Shown: positions 38,657 to 48,438, counted from the first letter of the stretch. The stretch is 64,000 bases of DNA from an archaeon (GCA_043814055.1 JBDRKL010000006.1:1679-65678), one strand, 5' to 3'. Notes: generated by a model from the letters alone, not told the origin. Program-made: numbers and translations.

Positions 38657-38820
38657 TATTTTTTTCACCTATTTTTTTTACTACACACAAAATCTCTTTC
38701 TATCGTTTAATACTTCGGTGTATCCATTCCGATGCTTGGCTGGGTATTTAATGGTTTTGATTTCAAAAGTAAGGGTGGTAGGTTAGCTGGGCTCACTGTT
38801 GGGGTGGAGGGTTAAGCCAA

Positions 38821-40086
38821 TTATGCTCCCAATGAAACATTATATTCACTCTCTGAAATCGCCTCTCCCACTTCACTGAATTCTTTTCTTGTTTTTTCAA
38901 GCTTGATTTCATCCACTCCAAATCTCTTCTCGTCTTCGCTTATTTTTCCCCTCAGCTCAGAAATCTCTGCCTCTAATTCCTTCTTGCGCTTGGAATACTC
39001 TGAATTCACCAAGTCATTTTTCTTGGCTTTTCTCTGCCCATCACGTTCAGCATGCTGTTTTATAAGAGCATCCAAATTATCCTTCAACCCGTGTTCTATG
39101 GAGATCAGCGCTTTTTCCTTCTCCTTGTCATCCAGCTGTATAGTTCCTTTTTCCAAAGCATCTTTTAATTTTTTAAGAAGTTCGTTCAGGTGCGGCCCCT
39201 CGTGAATTATTTCTCTTGAGTTTGCGATGCAGAGTTCAATATAGTCCATCAATTCTTTTTTCTCAAGCCCCTCCACAGACCTCTTGTATTTTCTAAGCGG
39301 TCTGGTTAATTGACCAATAATGTGGAGTACATTGCGCCCGATGTCCTCTTGTTTGGTCTGAATCTCCATTAGCCCTTTCTCAAGTCCCTCATATGTTACC
39401 TTCTCTTTAGAGGTATAGAGCGCTTGAAGCGCGTCCTCTTTCTTTTTCACGGCGACTTTAAGTTTTTCAATGTTCTTCTGGCGCAATGGTAGATTTGTAT
39501 CCAGTGGGACCATGGCATTTCTCAACTCACCATATCTAGAAAGCATCTCCAGCACTTCCTCATTCTTTTTAATCCCCTCGTTAGCCCCTTTTATCTTGTC
39601 AAGAAATTCATTTGATGCCAGGGACAGGTTTTGGAGGTTATTGCGCAACTCTTCAACTTCCTTGCTGAACCCAAACTTGACAAAGCGGAGGTATGTCTTC
39701 TCCAGTTTGTGTATGGTGTTTATGCAGCTGATAAATCTCCTGCTGGCCTCCACGCAGTCCTCGTAGTTATTCAGACTAAGGTCAAATATGAGGTCTATGT
39801 TGTGCGTAATTCCCTCCACATAGGACTTTTTGCTGTTCTTGAGTGTCTGGGCGAGCGGCTTGTGCATCGCTGGGTCAGGTTGAACAGCATTAACTTTGTC
39901 CGCCTCCTCCTTCAACCTTTCGCCCGTCTCTTTTATTCTATCATAAATTGACCCAAGCTCTGCTAACAGTTCTTCTCTAACCTTTTTATTTTCCTCATTC
40001 AAAAATTCAGTCAGTTCGGCTATGGTGAAAGTTTTGCTCTCCTGCCTCACTGTTTTTTCCTTGCCAAATCTTGAAAAGAATCTCAT
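38821..40086 (-). CDS. Coiled-coil hypothetical protein
   Basis: 421 aa, K/E-rich, 'LTRPLRKYKR' central motif. Confidence 0.7.
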   Translation of the reverse strand: MRFFSRFGKEKTVRQESKTFTIAELTEFLNEENKKVREELLAELGSIYDRIKETGERLKEEADKVNAVQPDPAMHKPLAQTLKNSKKSYVEGITHNIDLIFDLSLNNYEDCVEASRRFISCINTIHKLEKTYLRFVKFGFSKEVEELRNNLQNLSLASNEFLDKIKGANEGIKKNEEVLEMLSRYGELRNAMVPLDTNLPLRQKNIEKLKVAVKKKEDALQALYTSKEKVTYEGLEKGLMEIQTKQEDIGRNVLHIIGQLTRPLRKYKRSVEGLEKKELMDYIELCIANSREIIHEGPHLNELLKKLKDALEKGTIQLDDKEKEKALISIEHGLKDNLDALIKQHAERDGQRKAKKNDLVNSEYSKRKKELEAEISELRGKISEDEKRFGVDEIKLEKTRKEFSEVGEAISESEYNVSLGA

Positions 40087-40300
40087 TTTACTTATGTGTG
40101 CACTGTGGTTGAATTACAATGCGGTGGACGAGCCCCTTAATCGAAAAGGGGCGCATTAGTTACAAGAGTGGTTTAGGTTGAGGCTTTATTTATAAGTTGA
40201 GGCAGTAGTTTAGCGGGGCTGTGGTGTCGCTCTATGTTCCAGAGTACAGGGGTTACAAGGCACAGCAAAACTTAAATACTGCGTAGTACATTTGCAATAC

Positions 40301-40537
40301 ATGGAAAATGAAACTATTCAAGTACGCATGAATGGAACTCTTGTGAAGAAGATAGATGTTTGCGTAAAGCACGGTTTGTTTGACAACCGTTCAGAAGTTG
40401 TCAGGGATGCTGTGAGGCAAATGTTTTCTCCAGAGCTAAAGCCGGAAGTTCTTGCTGAATGCATGAAAATCTCTGAGGGAATGAGAAAAGGCAAGAAGAT
40501 GTCTTTGGAAGATTTAGAGAAAGAGTTATTGGAATGA
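40301..40537 (+). CDS. Ribbon-helix-helix antitoxin
   Basis: TIQVRM…NRSEVVRDAVR; overlaps the relE start (ATGA). Confidence 0.85.
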   Translation: MENETIQVRMNGTLVKKIDVCVKHGLFDNRSEVVRDAVRQMFSPELKPEVLAECMKISEGMRKGKKMSLEDLEKELLE

Positions 40538-40806
40538 GCTATTCTATTTCTTTGTCTGACAAGGCGACCAAGCAATTAAAAAAGCTGAACAAGGCTGTTG
40601 TCCGAAGAATCATAGACAAACTAAAAACACTATCCAGCGAGCCTTATTCAAAAACTCTACCGCTACAGGACTCTGAGTTCAGGCGGCTCAGAATCGGTGA
40701 CTGGAGGATAATTCTTGACATAGCCGACGATTTGAAAGAAGTTTTTGTGGTCCTTGTCGGCAAGCGGGAGAATATTTATGAAGAGCTGGAGCAGAGTGGT
40801 GGTTAA
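40534..40806 (+). CDS. relE: RelE/ParE family toxin
   Basis: YSISLSDKATKQLKKL…RRLRIGDWRII…VGKRENIY. Confidence 0.92.
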   Translation: MSYSISLSDKATKQLKKLNKAVVRRIIDKLKTLSSEPYSKTLPLQDSEFRRLRIGDWRIILDIADDLKEVFVVLVGKRENIYEELEQSGG

Positions 40807-40975
40807 CAAATGCGTGGTAAGGATGATTTTTTAAAAAGACAAAAGAAGATTTTAGAAACTGAGGAGTTTATGGGCTTAGATGATGTTTAAGAAAACATTT
40901 ATTAACATTGAGTGAGATACTTCACCTCTAACATATGGGGCTATGGTGTAACCCTTCTTTGAAAAATTGCAGATA

Positions 40976-42031
40976 TTAAAGAGAACCTGCAGCACCATCG
41001 GCTTTAGGTGCCATTGCTTTTTTGTAATTCTCCTGAAGCTCATATGATAACGTCTGAACCTTATCTTTGGTAATCGCAGAAATCAGCAGGACTTTCTCTT
41101 TCTTTGTCTTGAAAAAAGACAGGATTGCGTCCTGCTGCTCTTGTGACAAAAGGTCAGTTTTGTTGATGACAATCATGCTTGAAACCTTTAAAAGGTCATT
41201 GCTAAACTGCGCCATTTCCTTCTCTAATACCCCTTTTTGCGCCCATAGGTGCTGGGTCAGTTTTTTCCCAGCCAGCTCAAGCACGTCCTCCTCCGGGTAC
41301 AACACATAAACAATCAGCTGGCACCTTTGAAGGTGCTGGAGGAATTGAATCCCAAGACCCTTGCCGAGCGACGCGTCCTCAATCAGGCCAGGGATGTCCG
41401 CTATGACCAGATTGCCCTTCTTGTCATCGGTTTCCATGACCCCCAGGTTTGGTGATAATGTAGTGAAAGGGTAATTCGCAATCTTTGGCTTAGCCTTGGT
41501 CAGGACAGAAAGCAGGGTGCTTTTTCCAGCGTTCGGCAGGCCTGCCAGCCCGATTTGGGCCAAAACCTTGAGTTTCAGCTGCACGCTGATGGGCTTTGTC
41601 TTTTCCCCCTCAGTTGACTCTTTCGGATAGACATTAGTAGATGATCTGAAACACCAATTGCCCGTGCCTCCTTTGCCGCCGCGCGCGAGACAGAACCTCA
41701 TGCCAGGCTTGTCCAAATCCACGATAAGCCTGCCTGTGTCTGCGTTGTAAATCATTGTCCCGACAGGAATCTGGAGCGTTGTGTCCTCTGTCCTCTTGGC
41801 GTAGGCCCTCCCATTTTTGCCATTCGCACCATTTTTCGCAACTATGAGATGTCTGCCAAATAAGTCACTCAGGGTGTTCAGGTTGGTTGTGGTTTCAACA
41901 TAGATGGAGCCGCCTTGACCGCCGTTCCCGCCGTCAGGCCCGCATTTAGGGCGGTTCTTTTCCCTGCGGAAGCCGACCTGGCCATCTCCGCCATTACCTG
42001 CTTTTACAACAAAACTTGCCTCATCTATCAT
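40976..42031 (-). CDS. obgE: Bacterial-type Obg/CgtA GTPase
   Basis: Gly-rich Obg fold (KAGNGGDG…RREK…GPDGGNGGQGG), GLPNAGKS, ANYPFTT, DIPG, NKTD. Confidence 0.95.
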   Translation of the reverse strand: MIDEASFVVKAGNGGDGQVGFRREKNRPKCGPDGGNGGQGGSIYVETTTNLNTLSDLFGRHLIVAKNGANGKNGRAYAKRTEDTTLQIPVGTMIYNADTGRLIVDLDKPGMRFCLARGGKGGTGNWCFRSSTNVYPKESTEGEKTKPISVQLKLKVLAQIGLAGLPNAGKSTLLSVLTKAKPKIANYPFTTLSPNLGVMETDDKKGNLVIADIPGLIEDASLGKGLGIQFLQHLQRCQLIVYVLYPEEDVLELAGKKLTQHLWAQKGVLEKEMAQFSNDLLKVSSMIVINKTDLLSQEQQDAILSFFKTKKEKVLLISAITKDKVQTLSYELQENYKKAMAPKADGAAGSL

Positions 42032-42105
42032 ATTATGATTCCACTTAAACGATGCGGGGTGTAGTATTTAATCTTATCTGGCAGTGTCCGGCCTTAATTG
42101 AGGCT

Positions 42106-43206
42106 CTAGTAATCAACTTCTCTCGTCCTGTATTTTCTTATTTCTCTTCCTTGTTTTGCAGTGTCCTTCCATTTGGTTTTCTCTGCCCGTCTGACCATAT
42201 TCTTTTGTTTAATTGCGAGAACTTCAACTTCCTGTTTCAGTTTCAAATAATGTGCATATCGGCGGGGGTCAAGCTTTCCGGTATCAAGCGCTTCCTTGAC
42301 TGCACAGTCCGGTGCATTTTCATGGTTGCAGTCTGTGAATTTACACTGTTGGATAATCTCCTCAACATCTCTAAACATCTCACTAATACCCTCGCCTTTG
42401 GACCATAGTTGCATTTCCCTCACTCCAGGATTGTCTATAATCATCCCGCCTTTTGGCATCATAAACAGCTCACGATAGGCTGTAATGTGCCTTCCGTGAC
42501 CGTCGGTTTCCCTAACTTCTCCCACTTCCTGTCGGTCTACTCCGAGAAGCTGATTAAGAATCGTTGACTTGCCCACGCCTGATGACCCGAGAATAGCTAT
42601 GGTTTTCCCCTCTTCTAAATATTGGTCAAGCGCATCCAATCCTTGATTTAGTTTCGCGCTCAAGATATGCACTGGAGCATTTTGAGCTATCTTTTTCACT
42701 TCCTCACCTCTTTCCTCTGGGTTATCACAAAGGTCAGATTTATTCAATATTACAACTGGTTTTGACTTGCTCTCTGATACCAAAGTAAGATATCTTTCAA
42801 TTCTTTGGATGTTGAACTCATTATCAAGGCCTGCAACAATCCAAACCATATCCACATTTGCGACTAGGATTTGTTCTTCTGTAGTTACCCCAGCAACTTT
42901 TCTGGAGAATTTGTTCCGCCTTGGAAGAACTGTTTTAATGGTTCCTTCCTCGTTCGCAACCCCTTTCTTAATCGCTACCCAGTCGCCAACAACCGGATAA
43001 GCCCCTTTCTCAGTGGCATCAAATCTGAATTTCCCTGAAACTTTAACTTCGGTTTCCCCTGTTTCAGTGAGTGCAATGTAACCCTTTCGCTGGACTTTAA
43101 TTATGCGCCCTGGCACAAGTCCGTTCAGTTGGTATGGACTAAAGCTCTCTTCAAAGAATGAATCCCAGCCAATTTTTTTAAGGTCTATTTTAGCGGTGGT
43201 CATCAT
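42106..43206 (-). CDS. rsgA: Ribosome small subunit-dependent GTPase A (circularly permuted)
   Basis: VVGDWV, ANVD, NKSD, GSSGVGKST, GRH, DNPG, CKFTDCNHENAPDC zinc finger. Confidence 0.95.
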   Translation of the reverse strand: MMTTAKIDLKKIGWDSFFEESFSPYQLNGLVPGRIIKVQRKGYIALTETGETEVKVSGKFRFDATEKGAYPVVGDWVAIKKGVANEEGTIKTVLPRRNKFSRKVAGVTTEEQILVANVDMVWIVAGLDNEFNIQRIERYLTLVSESKSKPVVILNKSDLCDNPEERGEEVKKIAQNAPVHILSAKLNQGLDALDQYLEEGKTIAILGSSGVGKSTILNQLLGVDRQEVGEVRETDGHGRHITAYRELFMMPKGGMIIDNPGVREMQLWSKGEGISEMFRDVEEIIQQCKFTDCNHENAPDCAVKEALDTGKLDPRRYAHYLKLKQEVEVLAIKQKNMVRRAEKTKWKDTAKQGREIRKYRTREVDY

Positions 43207-43334
43207 GTTTCACCATTCTTTTTTTCATAACAATAATTAATGAGTTCTACTACTTCAATTCTTCTCCTCTGCCCCTCCGATGTATTTGGGTTACGAGGTA
43301 GGACTCATTTTTTGAATATTGGCTTAGGGCTACA

Positions 43335-44384
43335 CTATACCCAGCCCTTTCTCCTGAAATACATAAACATTGAGATGCCTATCATAGATACCAATACCCA
43401 CAATAGCGGGTAAGACCACTTCCAATGAAGCTCCGGCATGAAATCAAAGTTCATCCCGTACATCCCAGCCACAAATGTCAGCGGTATAAATATGGATGCG
43501 AATATGGTAAGCACTTTCATCACTTCATTCATCTTGTTGCTTATTGTTGAGAGGTAAAAATCAAGCAGTCCAGAAACCATGTCCCTGTATGACTCAATAG
43601 TGTCTATGACTTGTATGGTGTGCTCGTAGAGATCCCTGAGATAGGCCTCAGTTGATTTCTTCACAAGCTTTGATTCTGCGCGCTGAAGATTGCTTATCAC
43701 TTCCCTGAGCGGCCAGACAGACTTGCGGAGCTCTATGAGCTCGCGCTTCATGCTGTATACGTTGTTTAAAACCTCGCTTGTTGGGTTGTCAAGTATGTTC
43801 TGCTCCAGCGATTCTATTTTGTCCCCCACCTTCTCAAGCAGAATAAAGTAATTGTCCACGATGGCGTCCATCAGGGCGTAGGCGAGGTAATCGCTGCCCA
43901 TCTTTCTTATGCGTCCTTTTCCGCTTCGTATCCTCTGCCTAACAGGGTCAAACACATCGCCCTCGTGCTCCTGGAATGAAATAACAAAATTCTTGCCAAG
44001 CACGATGCTCACTTGCTCATTGCTAATCTCGTGTTTTTTCTCGTCAAATTGGAGCATCTTCAGAGCCATGAAAATGTAGGAGTCAAAGTCCTCAAACTTG
44101 GGCCTCTGGTGCGTGTTTGCGATATCCTCAAGAACTAGCGGATGCACATCAAAATGTTTGCCAAGTTTTTCAAGAATTTCCACGTTGTGAACGCCTGTAA
44201 CATTCATCCACGTTACAGTTGGCTTTTTCTTGAACGGGAAGCAGTCCTCTACTTTACTGGCGGGTTTCTCCTCAAGATTTGTTTCTTTGTAATCAATTAT
44301 GTCTATCTTGACTTCAGCTTCCTTCTCTTTCCCAACATACACAACTGACCCTGGGGACATCCCAGGCTTTTTAGTTTTTGCCAT
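43335..44384 (-). CDS. corA: Second CorA Mg2+/Co2+ transporter
   Basis: HPLVLED, QRPK, AGMYGMNF, MPEL; start MAKTKKPG at 44384. Confidence 0.95.
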   Translation of the reverse strand: MAKTKKPGMSPGSVVYVGKEKEAEVKIDIIDYKETNLEEKPASKVEDCFPFKKKPTVTWMNVTGVHNVEILEKLGKHFDVHPLVLEDIANTHQRPKFEDFDSYIFMALKMLQFDEKKHEISNEQVSIVLGKNFVISFQEHEGDVFDPVRQRIRSGKGRIRKMGSDYLAYALMDAIVDNYFILLEKVGDKIESLEQNILDNPTSEVLNNVYSMKRELIELRKSVWPLREVISNLQRAESKLVKKSTEAYLRDLYEHTIQVIDTIESYRDMVSGLLDFYLSTISNKMNEVMKVLTIFASIFIPLTFVAGMYGMNFDFMPELHWKWSYPLLWVLVSMIGISMFMYFRRKGWV

Positions 44385-44711
44385 CTCCAAGCTTGGTACT
44401 CTGAGTTGGTTTATAAAAGTATGTTTGCCTGCTTTACAAAAGTTTATTACGCCGGCAAACTCCGGCGGCACGTTTGGCTGCATTCGCTCACTTTGTTCGC
44501 GAAACAGCCATATTTAGATTTTTGAAAACCTTTATTAATCTTGGATTAGATACTTCATTCTTACAATTGGTTACTGAATGTCCCACAGCCCGCCGTCAAA
44601 TAAATAACGGGGCTATGGTGCAACCTACCTTCTCTGCGGTGGTACACAACGCGAATTTTGCAAAGATATTTAATCAGATATTCTCCAACGTTTATTTTCT
44701 CACTAGAACAG

Positions 44712-45335
44712 TTATACACAATCGCAATACTTGCTAGCGCCTAGGTCTGTATGAAAAACTGTGCCAGTTGGGCATTCACATGTAGCAACTATGTATATGC
44801 CTACGACTGTAGGGTTATCAATACTCGCTGGTTTGCTGGGATCATTCAACTCGCCGCATCTTGCATTTGTCACGCAGGCATCTGGTTGCACATGATTGTT
44901 ATTATTGTCAGCAGCAGAATTCACAGGCAGATAGTATGTTCTGCACGCAGACCTCCCGCTAACATCCTTTACACAGACTTGGAAATTGCCGCCTGTTCCT
45001 GTTGGTGTGCCCTTCAATACACCATCAATGCCAAGAATAAGTCCCATTGGTGGAAATCCAACCCCTGAGCCGAGATAGAAAGTATAGGGGCCATTATTTC
45101 CTTGAGGGTCCAGAGAAGAAATCATATCATGAGAAAAATCAAGGCTGTATGGAACGCCTATAGTTGCTGGATAATCATTAAGTTTCCAAACTAAATCACC
45201 ACCAATGTGAGGAAGCTTGATGAATCCTGCCTGCGATCCTATCACTATACCAAATATAACTACAATAAGTATCCCAGGAATCCATGGGCTTTTTATAAGG
45301 CTTGGTTTTGATTTTGCTGGTTGTGTTTTTGCCAT
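44712..45335 (-). CDS. Membrane-anchored protein with a putative Ig domain and Cys-rich C-terminus
   Basis: N-terminal TM; 'GPYTF…GFPPMGLILGIDGVLKGTPT…FQVCVKD' He_PIG-like; C-terminal cysteines. Confidence 0.75.
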   Translation of the reverse strand: MAKTQPAKSKPSLIKSPWIPGILIVVIFGIVIGSQAGFIKLPHIGGDLVWKLNDYPATIGVPYSLDFSHDMISSLDPQGNNGPYTFYLGSGVGFPPMGLILGIDGVLKGTPTGTGGNFQVCVKDVSGRSACRTYYLPVNSAADNNNNHVQPDACVTNARCGELNDPSKPASIDNPTVVGIYIVATCECPTGTVFHTDLGASKYCDCV

Positions 45336-45668
45336 CTATAAGCTTGGTAATTTCTGTTGGTTTATAAAACTATGCTCAAAGTAAAATTAGGCTTAAGGAT
45401 AGTCGTATGACTTCTTCACAGACGTTTCTTTCTGCACTCCAAACATTTATTAATCTCGGATTAGATTACTCTCTGTTAACATTGGGGCTATGGTAAAACA
45501 CAGACCTTCCAATTGGTTACTGTGTTAACCACAGCCACTGTTAAATAATTGGGGCTATGGTGTAACCTTCTAAGCCAGGGTAGTGGGGTTTAAGGGTAGG
45601 GCTCACCACGCGATTTTGGCAAAATTTGAACTTTAACTTCGGTCAGAATGGTGGCTAGGAACTTAATA

Positions 45669-46703
45669 CTACATTAATCCAAATATGAACCCTGCTGTTG
45701 TTGAAAATACAATCACAAGTCCGATATACACAAGCGTTTGTTTATTGCCAAGTATTTTTCTTATTACGAGCATGTTCGGCAGGCTGAGGCTTGGACCGGC
45801 CAGTAACAAGGCTAGTGCAGGGCCTTTGCCCATCCCCAGTTTCATCAATTCTCCGATGATTGGAACTTCAGTTAGCGTAGCGAAGTACATGAGAGCTCCG
45901 AAGATTGAAGCGACAAAATTAGATGTTAGACTGTTACCTCCAAGGTATGCTTGGACTATCTCTTGGGGGAGCAGAACCTGTATCATGCCAGCTATGAACA
46001 CGCCAATTAATAGATAGGGCACTATCAGTTTTGTAATGCTCCAAGTTTCCTTTAACCAGTTGAGGTTATCCTGCTTAGTGAATTTTAATTTTAGTAAAAT
46101 CAATAGGAAAATAAGCAGCATACTAAAGCCCATTAATTTCAAAGTAAAACCGATTTGAAGCCCGTTAACAATCAATATTCCTACAAGGAGTGCAAAAAAT
46201 GACAAAACTGTAGTTTTTGATTTCTCGTGCCCCACAGGGGCAGAGAACACATCCCCTTTATTTTTTGTTTTTCTTTGGAACAAAAAGTGCATTATCAGTC
46301 CGATTACAATCGACAGTGAGATGGCAGCAACAGCCCTCGCAACCCCTAACTCAAAACCAAGTACATTTGCAGTGTAGATTATAGCGAGCAGGTTAATCGC
46401 AGGACCTGAGAAAAGAAACGTTATCGCAGGGCCTAGGCCTGCCCCCCTTTCTTTTATGCCCGCGAATAAGGGAAGGATTGTACAGGAGCAGACCGCAAGT
46501 ATTGCCCCGGAAACTGCAGCAACAGAGTAGGAAACGTGCTTTTTGGCATTAGGTCCAAGATACTTGAGAACAGATTCTTTTTTTAGGAAAACTGCAATTG
46601 CCCCTGCTATGAAAAATGCAGGGATGAGGCAGGTTATGACGTGGGCTGACAGGTATTCAGTTAGAGCAGTAGTTCCGGCAAAAACCAGCTCAGTTAGAAT
46701 CAC
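45669..46703 (-). CDS. ArsP-like permease (DUF318)
   Basis: CLIPAFFIAGAI, AVCSCTILPLF, GPAINLLA, YFATLTEVP, GPSLSLP. Confidence 0.88.
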   Translation of the reverse strand: MILTELVFAGTTALTEYLSAHVITCLIPAFFIAGAIAVFLKKESVLKYLGPNAKKHVSYSVAAVSGAILAVCSCTILPLFAGIKERGAGLGPAITFLFSGPAINLLAIIYTANVLGFELGVARAVAAISLSIVIGLIMHFLFQRKTKNKGDVFSAPVGHEKSKTTVLSFFALLVGILIVNGLQIGFTLKLMGFSMLLIFLLILLKLKFTKQDNLNWLKETWSITKLIVPYLLIGVFIAGMIQVLLPQEIVQAYLGGNSLTSNFVASIFGALMYFATLTEVPIIGELMKLGMGKGPALALLLAGPSLSLPNMLVIRKILGNKQTLVYIGLVIVFSTTAGFIFGLM

Positions 46704-46927
46704 TTAATCCACCCCTTTATTTCATCCACTGTAGGAATTCTGCCCTGTGCCTTTACTTCACCATCAATAACAATCGCAGGAGTCATCGTGACTCTTTCTA
46801 TTATTTTTGTGATGTCTGTGACCTTTTCTATCTCAACATTAACATCCAGTTCGCTTGCCGCCTGCTTGGCGTTTTCTTCGAGCTGTTTGCATTTGGTGCA
46901 GCCCGACCCAAGTATTTCTATTTTCAT
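46700..46927 (-). CDS. Small redox-active thioredoxin-like protein (MTH895/ArsE-like)
   Basis: MKIEILGSGCTKC…TPAIVIDGEVKAQGRIP. Confidence 0.9.
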   Translation of the reverse strand: MKIEILGSGCTKCKQLEENAKQAASELDVNVEIEKVTDITKIIERVTMTPAIVIDGEVKAQGRIPTVDEIKGWIK

Positions 46928-46941
46928 TTTTTATACTCCAT

Positions 46942-47652
46942 TTATATGTTTATTAATAGGGTATAGTAAACCCCTACGAAAATGAACACGACTGAGACTA
47001 TTCTCCGCATCCACTTGTCAAAAACCTGAACTTTGTCCATTATAACAGCGAGTTTCGAGACGCTGTACGTAAGCACGAACGAAACTATAATAACAGGCAG
47101 GCCAGTTCCAAGGGCAAATAATATAGGGATTAGCACACCATCACCTGTCGCCAGCGCGAGCGGTATGAGCATCCCAAAGAACAGCACTGCGCTGAACGGA
47201 CAGAACGCCATAGCAAAAATTACCCCGAGCAGGAAGCACCCCAGTAGCCCCTTGCTGAACAATTTCTCCTTCAGCAGATTGATACTCTCACTTCCTCTGA
47301 GGTTAGGGAGTTTAATCAAACCAGTCATTAGCACGCCTATAAGAATTAAGAAAGGTCCAAGTGCAGCTTCTCCATAGCGCTGGAGAAACAATGATACAGA
47401 CTGGGAACTTAGTCCTGCCCATACTATAAGTGACGCGATAGAGACATACGTAAGTGCCCTTCCAGTTGTATAAACCACTCCGGCGAGAAGAGTCCATCTT
47501 TTCTCACCAAGACGCTTGGATATGGCTGCTATCGCGGTGATATTCGTCGCCATTGGACAGGGACTTAGCGCAGTCATTAGTCCTATGAAAAAAGCCGCTA
47601 TTATGGCGATTTCGCTTGTACCCATTGCTTCCATGAAAGTCATTAATGTCAT
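46942..47652 (-). CDS. ArsG-like (DsbD/CcdA-fold) membrane protein
   Basis: SPCPMATN and AFCPFSA Cys motifs in TM helices. Confidence 0.8.
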   Translation of the reverse strand: MTLMTFMEAMGTSEIAIIAAFFIGLMTALSPCPMATNITAIAAISKRLGEKRWTLLAGVVYTTGRALTYVSIASLIVWAGLSSQSVSLFLQRYGEAALGPFLILIGVLMTGLIKLPNLRGSESINLLKEKLFSKGLLGCFLLGVIFAMAFCPFSAVLFFGMLIPLALATGDGVLIPILFALGTGLPVIIVSFVLTYSVSKLAVIMDKVQVFDKWMRRIVSVVFIFVGVYYTLLINI

Positions 47653-48149
47653 TCTAATTCACCTGCCAATTTTTGTTCAATTACACTCTTGAGATAGTTC
47701 ATGTAATCTGCCTTGTCGTTTATCTTATACCAGACGTTGGTGTTCTGCTCGGCATGAAAACCGTTCTCGTCATAGACACCAATCCATAATGAAGAGCCTG
47801 TTGCGCCGTACTTTTCTGCAAGCGCCGCATTCTCCGAAAGCTGGACGTTTACATGTCCGAATACTACTTTACCTGATTTCACCTCGTCGGCAAAGTACGT
47901 GTTGACAGTCTCTTCGGCGTATGCCCCAACAGTAATGCAGGAATAACATTGACGCGTCCCGTGGAAATGATATACTTCGATTTTTTCTACATTAGATGGG
48001 GGCAATTGGATTTTGGCTGTTTCTCCAGCAGTATCATTAACGCCAACATCAGAATCCGTTTTACCGTCGCCCACGCAACCAGAGCTAATCACTATTACTA
48101 CAAGTAAAACAAGAAGCACACCAAGCGGCTTAGCACTCATTTTTGTCAC
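47649..48149 (-). CDS. ArsF-like thioredoxin-fold lipoprotein
   Basis: Lipobox SSGC; YHFHGTRQCYSC. Confidence 0.75.
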   Translation of the reverse strand: MTKMSAKPLGVLLVLLVVIVISSGCVGDGKTDSDVGVNDTAGETAKIQLPPSNVEKIEVYHFHGTRQCYSCITVGAYAEETVNTYFADEVKSGKVVFGHVNVQLSENAALAEKYGATGSSLWIGVYDENGFHAEQNTNVWYKINDKADYMNYLKSVIEQKLAGELE

Positions 48150-48438
48150 TTCTCCTGCAAAGGCCTTTTACAGTTTTGCGCTTCGTGTAGCCAAGTGCCT
48201 TGAGTACATTGCAAACCCTAAAGTCGTTTATCTTGTAAAGTATTTTCTTGCCGTCTCTCCGTGATTCGAGGATGCCACAGTTCTCTAATTTTCCCAAGTG
48301 GATGGAAACTGTTGATTGTTTCCTCCTTGTGTGTGGGATTATTTCGCAGACACACTTTTCGCCGTCTAGGAGAAACTCGACGATTTTCAGCCTTGTTTCA
48401 TCTGCAAGGGCCTTTAGGATTTTGAGAGATTCCTTCAT
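48130..48438 (-). CDS. arsR: ArsR/SmtB transcriptional repressor
   Basis: KALADETRLKI, EKCVCEI, QSTVSIHL. Confidence 0.93.
   Translation of the reverse strand: MKESLKILKALADETRLKIVEFLLDGEKCVCEIIPHTRRKQSTVSIHLGKLENCGILESRRDGKKILYKINDFRVCNVLKALGYTKRKTVKGLCRRSDKNEC

Noticed and set aside
40132-40152. GCCCCTT-aatcgaa-AAGGGGC hairpin as an ncRNA
   Set aside because: A single isolated stem with no further supporting structure.
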